The notes beneath the pieces are model-generated. The model was not told the DNA's origin. It did not search any database and saw only the letters and a program-made list of their open reading frames with translations. Positions 52,848 to 64,000 of a stretch of DNA of 64,000 nucleotides are shown here, one piece after another. The DNA comes from Tubulanus polymorphus (taxonomy: Eukaryota > Animalia > Nemertea): positions 10,758,485 to 10,822,484 of the forward strand of contig NC_134027.1 of NCBI RefSeq assembly GCF_964204645.1, read 5' to 3'. The number at the start of each line of letters is the position of its first letter. Within the stretch, counting starts at the first letter, position 1. Position numbers and translations under genes: made by a program.

Positions 52848-53219
52848 AGCCCCGTTCAAACTAGATTCGGCGCTTATGAGGTCGATGCCAATTCACCAAA
52901 ATACGGCACTTAAACAGCCAGTTACGTTCACACGTAGAGTCGGCAATTCAGCACTTAGTAAGCCCACTATTGTAGTCTTCTAGTGTGCCGATAGAGGGGA
53001 GTGTAATTAGTGTTAAGTGTATTGTACCAGGCGGATGTAAATATGCGGCTAGCTAAGCGCTGAATCTGCGTTTTCGGTGCGGTATCGCATTCCGCGGCGA
53101 TTCCGTGCTTCACAAGCCGCGTATGTCAGTACGGAACTGAATAAGCCGCGAATAGGCCTCAAATAATTTTCAAGTGCGAACGCTTAGTACCGTGCTGAAA
53201 TCCTAGTGTGAACGCTGCT
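52848..53219. mobile_element. Degenerate Harbinger-like MITE
   Basis: agccccgttcaaactag / ctagtgtgaacgctgct inverted ends. Confidence 0.45.
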
Positions 53220-56200
53220 ATACTTGAGGGAAGCACTCACTCTTACGTGCTCTCTCTCTCTCTCTCTCTCTCACGTGCGCTAGTAATTCTCACCGCGCGA
53301 TTCGAATGCGGCGTTCGGTGATACGCAGGGAAGCAATGATAATTTGAAATTGATTCATGTTCGTTACTTGAAAGGAAGTCTGCAATCATAAATCACTATA
53401 TAACATCGGCGTTTGATAATTGAGAAAACCAACCGTGAAGCTACATATCTTAATGTTAAAAGTGAATACGCAGTTATTTTCAGTCGATTTCCTATTCGGT
53501 GGATTGCCTTTTCGAATCGAGTCATAATGTTGTAGCGGGAGCTCGGAGAGTAACGGACAGGGGACGATCAAGGGCAAGGGCAGACTTCGACGGGAGCACA
53601 AATACATGAAATGGGGCGAGTTGAGTATTCACGCAGCCAAAACAAGGGTCTGGAAAATTGTGAAACTTCAGTGCATTTTCACACAATTTCTAGGCACCTT
53701 CAAGGAGGACATTTCAGAGAATGTAAGCTTACTCTTGCGCTGCGGACTGCTGGCTTAGTAATTACAGGGGGAAGGTTCCCTGGAAAAAAATGTGCTCCCA
53801 CCTGGATCCGCCCTTGACAATGTTGCGTATGGTCATCTGGACCTTTCGTCGAGCGTCATGTTTTATGATACATGTATTTTGTATTTCTTTCGACTTCTAA
53901 TTCTAAATTGATTCGAAATGAAATATGTAATACATCAGTGTCCTCAATCTATGGGTAACGAAAACAATAACTATTTTTTGATCAAAATGATGTGCCATGT
54001 GCGTAAGGCTTCGAATGAAAAATCCAATTATGAAGGTTTGAAGTTAAGAAATGGAGATAGTAGTTTATCCTCCCAGCATTGTGAAAATCCGCGAAAAAAA
54101 AATGCTGCGCAAACTCTGACCTTCCGTATCAAAGATAGATATTCAATTTCCCGTTGATGAACTTCACTTTCGGATTCATCGACCCGTGCGCCTCCCATAA
54201 TCCCCGTGGAGATTTTCCGAAGAAATTAATGCCTTCAAGAAATAACACCTGTCCGTCTGGACGAGAGGAGAAAGAGACGAAGCAACGAAGCTGCTTTCAG
54301 TCTAAGAAGAAGTTTCCACCCGATTTTATATCTATGTTCCCTCGCACAGTTCATTAGTTTACTAGATGTTATAGTATTGTAAGCCTGACCGCGGTAGATG
54401 TATACATATATAAGTATACATGTTCCTGTTCCTCGCCGAAGAAAGAAAAGAAGTATTTCATATGAAGTTTCTCCGATCATCGGAAAACGATCGACAGCAT
54501 CAAAAAAAGTGCGCGCTCTTAAATTATGTCGGAGTTCGATGTGTGAAGCGGTGCATGTCATTGATAGCGATTCTATTATGTCTATTTCGTTGAGCATGTC
54601 CAGTTATTTCCAATACGTATCAATCATTTAAATTCGCGCCTTGTTTATCCGGATTCTGGTTCGGCGATCGAAACGACGTCGAAGCCTCGCATGCACAGCC
54701 ATAGGCTTCAATACACATCACGGTACACCTTGTGATGGTCTTTAGCTTACTAAGCGAGCATCTCAAAAGAAAGAATCAGACAGTTATTCTAATTGACATA
54801 ACTATCGAAATTTTGAGATGCTCCCTAAACAAGAAACGCTGATACACATTGACCAATCAGTGAGCGGATCACTGACCGTCATTTTGTTATCGTGTTATGT
54901 ATTTACTGCTATACTCTACTATACTACTACTGCTATAGAGGTGCTCTAGGTTTGTTTCAGTAGCCACAATCAAACGTAGATGATTTTGCCCGCGCCATAC
55001 AAGCCTGGGTCAGGCCCGAGTTAAATTTGACCTGTGCCTAATTAGGAAACGCATTCGTATGACAATTGTGTCACGAAGCAAGGCAAGTCACTCGTAGAAC
55101 AAGAAGGAATGTAACGATTTGGGAATGAGTACGAATGTTATGTTGTGGGGTCAAAAAGGCAAGGCCCATTTGACACCTGTTTGGCCCGGGCCAAAAAAAG
55201 GTCTGGGTGATCGCGGCGTATGTTTCTTTTTTTGCTGTACGCAAAATGGCGGGCTAACTGAACGTCGGAACGTATGAACACAAATCTGTTTCGAGTTTCT
55301 ATTTCTCGCTGTGCGCTCTAGGCTCTAAAACGAAGCTTCGCAAATGCAAGAATCGGTATGCGCGCGATATGCATTTCAGCGTGATAGATTCGATGAGAGA
55401 TCTTTAAGGTTTTTTTTTTTTGAAGTTTCATGCGACGAGACCTTATTGTCCGTGTTATGACAGGCGAGCGGGATCAAACACGACTAACATCCGATCGAAA
55501 CATCCAAATTAGAAGAAGTTCTGATAGGTCACATCTGGGGCCGGTTTCATAGACTGGTATTTCCTTTAACCCTGGGGTTAACTCGATCGGTTAATGAATT
55601 GAGTTAGCCCCGAGGTTTAAGTTATTACTAGTCTATAAAACCAGCCGCTGAGTTTTAAAGCTGTTCAACTGCCAGCTCGTCCAGGTTTACTGCATTTTGC
55701 CAGGATGAGTTATCTCGCTATGGATGAAATATTAATTTCTTGTTTCTTGAGCGATTTGGCATAAGCGAGAAAGTAACTAAAGATCATCTGGCAGAGAGGC
55801 AAAATAGAGCCGTGATCACACAAGCATTTTTGGCCCGGATCAAATTTGGTCCGGAACAACTGTTGACGCAATGCCGAATTGGCTCCTGCCTATTTGGCCA
55901 GGACCAAATTTGGGCATGGGTCAAATCATTGTGTGTGAATTGCGACTGGTTCCGGAAATGACTCAATAATTTTTCGAACCAGTAGCAATTCACATGCAAT
56001 AATTTGACCAGTGCTAAGATTTGGCTTGGGCCTGGTCTGACATTTCTTGTCCGACCAAACAGGCACAGGCACATTTGGCACCCATGGGAACAAGTTCCGG
56101 GCCTAATTTGGCAAAAAAGTGCTTGTGTGATTGCGACTTATGATTTATAGGGGTACCTCAAGTATGGCGCATATGAAATATTCTTTTTCTTCTAAATTTT

Positions 56201-57809
56201 AGCATAAAGTATAAAAACTTGAGCATTGGCAATTGAAGCGAATCCATGGATCATCTGCAAACACGTTAAGGGGTGCATATTTTAATTTCGTTCTTGGAAA
56301 TATCTAAATAATGGATCGACTTTCTTTTAGCGATATTGATTTCGTACTCCTAATCCAAAATGTTCAAATATCACCCATTCACTTAATCAGTTCAGGTCTC
56401 TCTCTGTCTTGACAGATTAAAGCCATGTAATCCGAATAAAACTCGCAATCCCCTCCGGATAAAAGTGCGTAACATAATACATCTGATATTTACACTGGAA
56501 AAGGATTAATCCATTCCCGACAGCTTCCTTATTACGAAATAAAAAATTTGTTTGCATTTTTTCGCGTAGATCAAAGCTTGCATTCCACGACTGGTCAAAC
56601 AAGAGACTCTGTGATGTCTTCGTTGCTAAAAAGTTATCGCGATTATTGCACCGGGTCGTTTGATGGACGTTCGTTCGAATACGAAGCCATCACGTTCGTC
56701 GGAGGCATCTTTACTTTAAGAGTCGTGCGAAGAGTTTCCGAAAGTTGTTACTTCGTTATTTTGCATTTCTATTTTTCAGACTATATTAGTAGATTTATGA
56801 TTCAAGATATTCGCTTGGAAGCAGAGTGGCTCCAACAATATCATGTATCGCCCAGTCTTCGGAGCAATCCCTCTTTCCAGTGGGTGGTTCCATATGGTCA
56901 GCTATCGACTATGAATAGCTATCGACCATAAATGTCCATCATAGAAAGTTTGTTTCTCGTTCGAAACGTATAGGGGCCATAGGCGGATATTGCAGAGGCC
57001 AACGTCAGGTCGATGGTGGAACTCATTGACAAGGAAAATAGTTGATGCTACCAATTAGTTTGTTTATAGGCGCAATTGGTACGGACCAGGCCCAAGTCAA
57101 ATTTGGCCCGTGTCTACTAAGAGAGAACGTTCATGTGTAAACTACTCACTGGATACAAAAGAATGCTCAAACAAATCGAAGTGAGTCATTTTCGGAACCA
57201 GTTGAAATTCAAACGCAATCATTTGTCCCGTGCTAAAATTTGGCTTGGGCCAAACAGGCACAGGTCCATTTGGCACCCGTTTGAACAGTTGTTCCTGACC
57301 AAATTCGGCGCAGACCAAATACATTCATGTGATCGCGGCTTATATTAGAATGATACAGAAATCACCCTTGTGGCAGCCTCTGTTTGTCATGTGACAGTTG
57401 GAACGATATAATCGCGATTAAACCCCGACGATAAAAGTGCTAGTATGTAATATCTTATCAATACGGCAAGAAAGGAGTCTTACGGATTCAACTCACTGCG
57501 CGAAGATAAGAAGAAATCAATCGGTGATTATTTAATTTACCGATTGACTTCCCCGTTACGCGTTAAGCTTCTTTGTAGGAAGAACCTGAAAAATTGCAAT
57601 CAAATTTATTATTATTATTTGCTTTTTATTTCCTGTAAATCATAACAATATATAAATTTGAAAATTTATATTGTCATTTTGTCATTTTGTACAATTCTTA
57701 ATAGAAATGACGAACTACATAATTGATATGTACATTCATAAGTTGTTGCGATATAACAGTAGGGAAAATATATGGGAAGCAATGTATCATATATGACCCT
57801 CGAATGTTG

Positions 57810-58582
57810 AGGCTGGCCTATGTCGACAAGCAACGCGACGCCTACCGACACAACTGGGTTTATCGCCGATTAGCGGCCTACGAGAGGCCGCCAGTTGCTG
57901 CTCTATCGGTTCGACATAAGCCCGCTTGCGACGGCAACGCGACGCCTACCGACTCGTCGCAAGCCGTATCCGGCTAGTTGCCCATGTTCTACTCCAGCCT
58001 ACGGTAGGCGGGCAGTTGCTTTCGATCGCAGCCAACATAAGCTCATCTGCGACGCGACGGAACTGAGCGCAGGGGTTTCAGCCAATGAGAGACCGCATAT
58101 ACATAGTACAAATTATCACCGCTAGTTAGCGTCATTCGTAATTAGTCATAAACTTTCAAATTCAAGTAGTTCAAAATGTAAACCAAACCTTCAGCACGGC
58201 AGAGGACTGGACCGAAGATCTAGAAACGAAATTGGTAGAATTATGGTGTGAGCGGCCATCTTTATAGATGTCGCTAGCACGTTGTATTCAAAACAGAATC
58301 AGAAAGATCAAAGTCTTAAAGAAATAGCTTTTCTAATAGAAATATATTTCCTAATAATTCAAATTTATTCTCAAAATGCTTATCACGTGACCATTTGAGC
58401 CATTGCAGTCGCAACCGACATAAGCAGGGAAGCAACTGGGAGGATCTCGTATCCCGCTAGTCGGCCTCAGTTGCTGCGAATCGGAGCGCAGTCGACATAA
58501 GCTGGGCTGCGATCGCGGTTGCTCTCAGTTGTGTCGGTAGGAGTCGGTAGGCGTCGCGTTGCTTGTCGACATAAGCCAGCCT
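57810..58582. mobile_element. ~770-bp non-autonomous DNA transposon with 40-bp TIRs
   Basis: aggctggcctatgtcgacaagcaacgcgacgcctaccgac matches the reverse complement of the right end with 1 mismatch; no clean TSD; no transposase ORF. Confidence 0.8.
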
Positions 58583-59620
58583 TCACAATCAAATTTATGA
58601 TGTTTAATAAGGAATCACCCTGCGATTGAAGCGAGGGAACTCGTTGGAATAACACTAATCCTATCGACAATGGTTCCCTCCCGTCACTTAGCGTATCTGC
58701 TTAGAAGCCACAAGCGATTATTCTTCTGTTACGAGTGAGAAGAAGTCGGTTATAGATCTGATTTTTTGTAATCTTCTGTAATTTCTCTTTTCGGCGATCT
58801 ATTTCGGATGAAATCGTGACGTACGGTGTTCCTCCCCGGGCGATGTAACAAACGTAATAATAATTTGGAAATCTCAAATGTAGGGTGAGGTCTCGTGTCA
58901 TATCGATGTGGCCCGAATGAATAGGTATAAATCAATTTGAATTTCATTCTTGGTTTACCCTTTCAGTTTTGACTTAATTCCCGAAAGTGCTGGAGATATA
59001 GTTCATCTACACCGCACTATAGTGCATCTGCACCATGGCGCGATGTATCGTTAGTTACTAATATTTCATTATATTTGACATCTTGGCGCTGCCATCTTAC
59101 AATAGTGATTAAAACTTAATTACTAATAATATCAATGCACCGTGTTGCAGTGTACTAGCAAAGTCCATCACCGATTTATGCACCGCACTGTGGTGTAGAC
59201 GCAATGAAAAGGTCAATAAGACATGCAGCTAGAACCTCAGTAGGAGTCAGTTCGATTTAGTTGTGAAAGACGTCAAAAGCTAGTTCTTTTTTCAAATATC
59301 CTTACTACCTTTAGTTGAAATTGTGGAGTCAGATCTAACTCGTATCAGTGGAATGGGCTTCCCATGAATCCAGCTATGGTTATCCCACTAGCTGGCATGA
59401 TTAACATTACATTTACCAGCCTGTCACCGTGGAGAAATAGTGAACCTTAGTGAAATTTAGCATGGTAGTCAATCATTGTATAAACTAATGCTACAGCTAT
59501 GAATGAGGGTAGGGGGCTAATGGAGGCAAACAAAATTTCAGTCTATCAGTGAGCAGGAATTTCAAAATGCACTACCAGTGCTACAAAATAATTTTACATT
59601 GTACATGTAATACTATTCAT

Positions 59621-59720
59621 GCAGCCTCAGTGGCCCAGTAGCGCACATGACTTGCGTCAAATAGATCAGAGGTTCGAATCCTGTGTACTTTACCATGGGC
59701 TACCCATGGTTTAACTACAT
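59621..59720 (+). mobile_element. tRNA-derived SINE head fragment
   Basis: A-box-like tggcccagtagc and perfect B box ggttcgaatcc; no complete cloverleaf. Confidence 0.4.
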
Positions 59721-60644
59721 ATTTTGTTCGTCTCTGATAGTTCCCGGTCACCACGGGTGCGGTTCCTGAGATGTTTTATGGTCCCCACGGGCATGGGCAT
59801 ATTACCATATTATTTCTGCCATTTTGAGACATCAGAGATATAGGATACACCAAATTTTATCAAATATTTCAATAAAGACTGCGAGATGTAGACGATCGTA
59901 TCTTCAGACATTCGCTGATATAAGGCCCAATTAGTAAAGCCTAGGCTTATGTATTTCTTTAGAAAGATACTGCGACTGACATTTCACAGCTGAATGGTAC
60001 ACGCATTTCATATGCTTCAACAAAAACCTCTCCGCGTTTTCGACTCTGCCCGGAAAATCACCAAATGAATGTGACGAACACAAATGTAATCTTTATCAAT
60101 GAAGAACACAGAAGCCTTGCTTTAGATTGTTATCGAAATAAAAGAAAACGTGTGTATCATCGGGTGAATAATCGAAGCTGTATGACTACCTCGGGTGACG
60201 GCACGAGAGAGCTGCGCATTTGTCTTCGGAAGATGTGACTGGCTACGCGAGTCGACGTGCGGATAGCACTGCATCTCCCGTTTCTATGGGTTTTCCGCGC
60301 GTTGAAACCGCTATTATCGACGGACCATTAATTTCTTGTTATGATATTCATGACTTCAAACAAATGCCAGATTTATCTCCATTTACTACCTGTTTAAATG
60401 AAAATGGTTTCGAGAAAATTCGCCGTGATACCCCGGTGCGCTTTCATCTCCGCCGGGCGATATATAAAAGCCTAGATCCGCTTCTAATCGCCGCGTAAAA
60501 TGTGTGATTCTAAAAGCACCGAGCACTCCGAAATGACAGCTCATGTTCGTTCGATCCACCCAGGTCTGCATTGTTCGATAAATTTTTCTTGAAGGTTATC
60601 TTTTTTAAATACAGCCGAAACCCGTTTGATCCAGACTGCCTTAA

Positions 60645-61137
60645 GGCCAAATAAAAAAAAATTAGTTGTTTATCGTCCCCGCCCGACCCTACGAAAAATA
60701 CCCGACCAAATTTTTCTTTTCTTTTATTGTGTTCTATTTTGGTTCCAATCGAAAATATTTGCCATAGCTACCGTTTCATGTCGATTGTAGGACAGTATAG
60801 CAGCAAACAAAACGATTTATCGATCAATGAAGTGCCTTCGCTGAATAACAAATTGAAGTCAATTTTCGGTTATGGAGCGTACACAGCGTGGATTTCCGGT
60901 TGTGGAGCATATTTCGATCGATTTTAAGATCTAAGTTAATAAAGTTCTATGAATTGAATTGTATTTGTATTGCTTGTGGCGCCACACTTCCAGTCGATAG
61001 AAAACATGCTTTATTTTATCAATCGTATATCATTTACAACACTCGATCTAAAATGAAAAATAAAAATAAAAACCTCCCGGCCGACCCAAGCTTTTTGAAA
61101 AAAAGGACGATAAACAACTAATTTTTTTTATTTGGCC
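60645..61137. mobile_element. PIF/Harbinger-like MITE
   Basis: TIR ggccaaataaaaaaaaattagttgtttatcgtcc and its reverse complement (one A shorter); TAA on both flanks. Confidence 0.85.
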
Positions 61138-64000
61138 TAATCCAGATTTAGGTCTGATTCGTACATTATTTGTAGTCCATTTGTTCATTGTTATACAATA
61201 AAATTACTTTTAATCCGGATTTCGCGTAAACCATGAATTTTTTTGTCTCAAATGATCCGAATCAAGCGGATTCTGCTGTATGCAACATCACACTGTTTTC
61301 CTTGAAGGAAGTCACAATTGTTGGTAGATATACAGTAGTAGTTTTATTGATTCTGCTTAATATGGTTTTAAGCAAACCTATTGTTTACTTGTGCTATTGC
61401 TCCTAACAGGCTGGCAAGTCACTTGGAAAACCTGGAAAACTCAGGAAATCAGAAAAAGTCTAGGAAAAATCAGCAAATTTGACAAATTTTGCAAAAAACC
61501 TGGAACACCCACTGCTATTGACCACACATTTCGTTACTAATTTATGATTAACAAATGAACTTTTACATTTTAAACCGAGAAATTTTGTGTTATGTCATGG
61601 AAAAGTCAGGGAAAACTCTAGGAAATTTTAGATGGGTTGGAAGTGACGCAGCCAGACTTGCGAATGACATCATACTTCCAATATTCATTTCCATACAGAG
61701 AAAAATATAATACCGATACGTTTGATTGAAAAAACTTCGCGAAGCAAGAGACCGCTCTCAGGACGGCGGTCCGATCCATATGCACATATATATATATTAT
61801 ATATGTATATATATACCGGCTAATATCAAACAATCAGACAAATATAAAAATGTTTACGACGCGAAACATTTATCACTATATTCTACGCATAAAATGTCGC
61901 CTGAAAATAGTTACTGATCAATAGTGGAGAGAGACTAGCTCTTTTTGTTTATCTGATTAATGCGTTTTAGTCAGACTGTGACTCTATGAATATGTGATTG
62001 AGTGGTAATTTCCAATAGAATTCAGCGCGCGACACTACTTATGACACATTTCTTATACGCACTCGCTTGCTTGCATATTGCAGTCGAAACTTCACTTCAT
62101 ATTCAACAAATTGTTCATCGTGATTGATACTCTCCCGATACTTCCACGGTCCTGTCAACCGGTGAAAGGTACATGTATCCTATGTCTCGGAATGGCTGAA
62201 TGCTGCGTATCCGTAGCTAAAGGTTCTGCCCCCTACCGATGGGGAATGCAAACGTAGATCCAGGGCGAGCTTGGGTCCTTGGTGCATTTTCAATGTATGA
62301 GATATATTTGAAATATGAAATGATCAAAAACAAACAGTATCCAGGAATGCCCATAATGTAAGAAAAAGCGATCAATTTTTCAAAATTTCCTACATTGCTT
62401 TGCGCCTTTGATGCTCGCAGTTAGGTTACGTTCAGGCTGAAGGACCAGTAGAGCACCATCCCTTTTAAGGATCAACTGTGTTGATCATTATAGAATGGTT
62501 CTGAGAGTCTTTCTTATTGCACTCGGTGGCACAAATTGTAACCAATGGATATACACAACTGATATTTTGGCATCACTCGGAAATCCCTCTAGAAGGGCTT
62601 TCCCAGTGACATCATTATCAAGAACTGTTTTACCATGTTGTCGTGACTCAAAGGGGAAACCCATTACCATTTATATCATCGAAGTTGAATACGCTTACTA
62701 CACAGTCTACGATGATTTCATCTTTATCAGCTGTTTATACGTCATTGCAAATCCAAGAACAAATCCATTTTGCGGGGTACATTCGCACCCAACACAGCCA
62801 CTGGGTCCGGAATTTGGGTTATTTGACGGTTCTTGAAAAGCAATTTTCATTTTCCGAAAAGGGAACTAGATGCGCTCCTGCTGTCTTGTAAGCCATAAGT
62901 GGCATTCCATACTATGAAATGTTTGGAACAATATAGACAGAAACGAGTATTATCACTTGCAAAACATCTGTACTTAATTACTGGTCCTTTCCACTTTTGA
63001 ACCGACTAATTTAAACTGACCAAAAGGACCGATGCTGTTGTTGTGATTTAAACATTAGCTCTTAATTGTATGTGTAATTGGTGATTGGATATTTGGCTCT
63101 AAGCTGTGAAACTTATGATTCGCGCGATGAAGTCTCCAGGTTCACAGACCTCTTGTAGCGTATCAGTGTTTTGGTAGTAGCTCGTACTCCTCATCGTTAA
63201 TTGATCCGGTCACTGATATTCGATAATCGGTATCTTATTCGCCGTTACTACTGGAACCACTTCGCAGAGTCTGTTTTACAGTCGCCGGGAAGTGGAAAGT
63301 CAATTGGGTGATCTGACAGTCAAGGGGACAGTGACACGCTGGGAAACGTAGTCATTTTACTCTTAAGAGTTCGGAAGCAATTACCGCCGCAATTACTTGA
63401 CCTGTTACAGCATCGCGAGCAAGTGTAGGTTTTCATCTTTGATTGCGGGTCGTATCTACGTCTGTCGTCGAAACGATTTCCGTGAATTTTCATTCATTGC
63501 CACCTGAGCTGTTAAGATAAACCCGTCGCCCCTTATCTCCGGCTTAAAATCCTTGAGAGTTAATTTAGACGGCGATGAACTGGCGAAATTAGCTGTTTTA
63601 TAACGTGCGCTAAGATAAGAGCTCAGGTCAGTGAAATGAGGGATTTTATAGGTCCGGCGATAGCTGCCGAGTCATTTTATGGTCGAGTAGTTCGCGCGGC
63701 GAATGACTGCGACAGCCATAAGCTCTTTTTAACGTGTCGTATAGACATACAAAATGGAATAATTGATCCGGCTTCGTTCGTAGGGGAAACCGATGAAGGT
63801 GTGTTGTCGGTCAGCAGGAGATCCAAGTCCGGCTGACTTGTGATCCGCGCGCAATACGTGGCAACCGCGGCGATAACCTGATACACTGTCTGTAAAGGGA
63901 TGGTCAAAAGAAAATAAGACAGACGAAAAGAAGTCGATCAGAGAGGGGAATTGAACTTCACAAAAATCTTTTAAGGTTACAGGACGAAAATGATCAAATT

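Noticed and set aside
59621-59720. tRNA gene
   Set aside because: It has a B box but no acceptor or anticodon stems that I can fold; treated as a SINE fragment.
62488-62891. Cluster of short ORFs on both strands
   Set aside because: No recognisable motif or consistent splice structure; possibly a decayed element, but not supportable.

Overview
AT-rich, intron-containing animal DNA; the gene content and repeat types suggest an invertebrate, probably a lophotrochozoan (inference). There is no sign of prokaryotic systems. Genes reconstructed by hand: (1) a decayed minus-strand immunoglobulin-superfamily gene (signal exon, V-like and C2-like Ig exons, Pro/Thr stalk exon; 32-1965); (2) a two-coding-exon LRR single-pass membrane protein (4477-6392, +); (3) the 5' half of TSR1 (10 in-frame exons, 407 codons, 9429-16566, +), whose 3' half I could not find in the remaining ~47 kb; (4) an FMRFamide-receptor-like class A GPCR with an intronless CDS (31617-32735, -), an overlapping uORF and a probable distal first exon. 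The rest is non-coding and dense in non-autonomous elements: ~18 copies or fragments of one Harbinger-like MITE, hAT-like MITEs with 5- and 6-bp TSDs, piggyBac-like and Helentron-like elements, SINE/LINE fragments, an inverted pair of hammerhead-ribozyme-like motifs, a 165-bp tandem array and a long (TA)n. The main open question is whether TSR1 has a giant intron hosting the antisense GPCR or is split/truncated at its acidic linker. All calls are by eye; no database searches were run.
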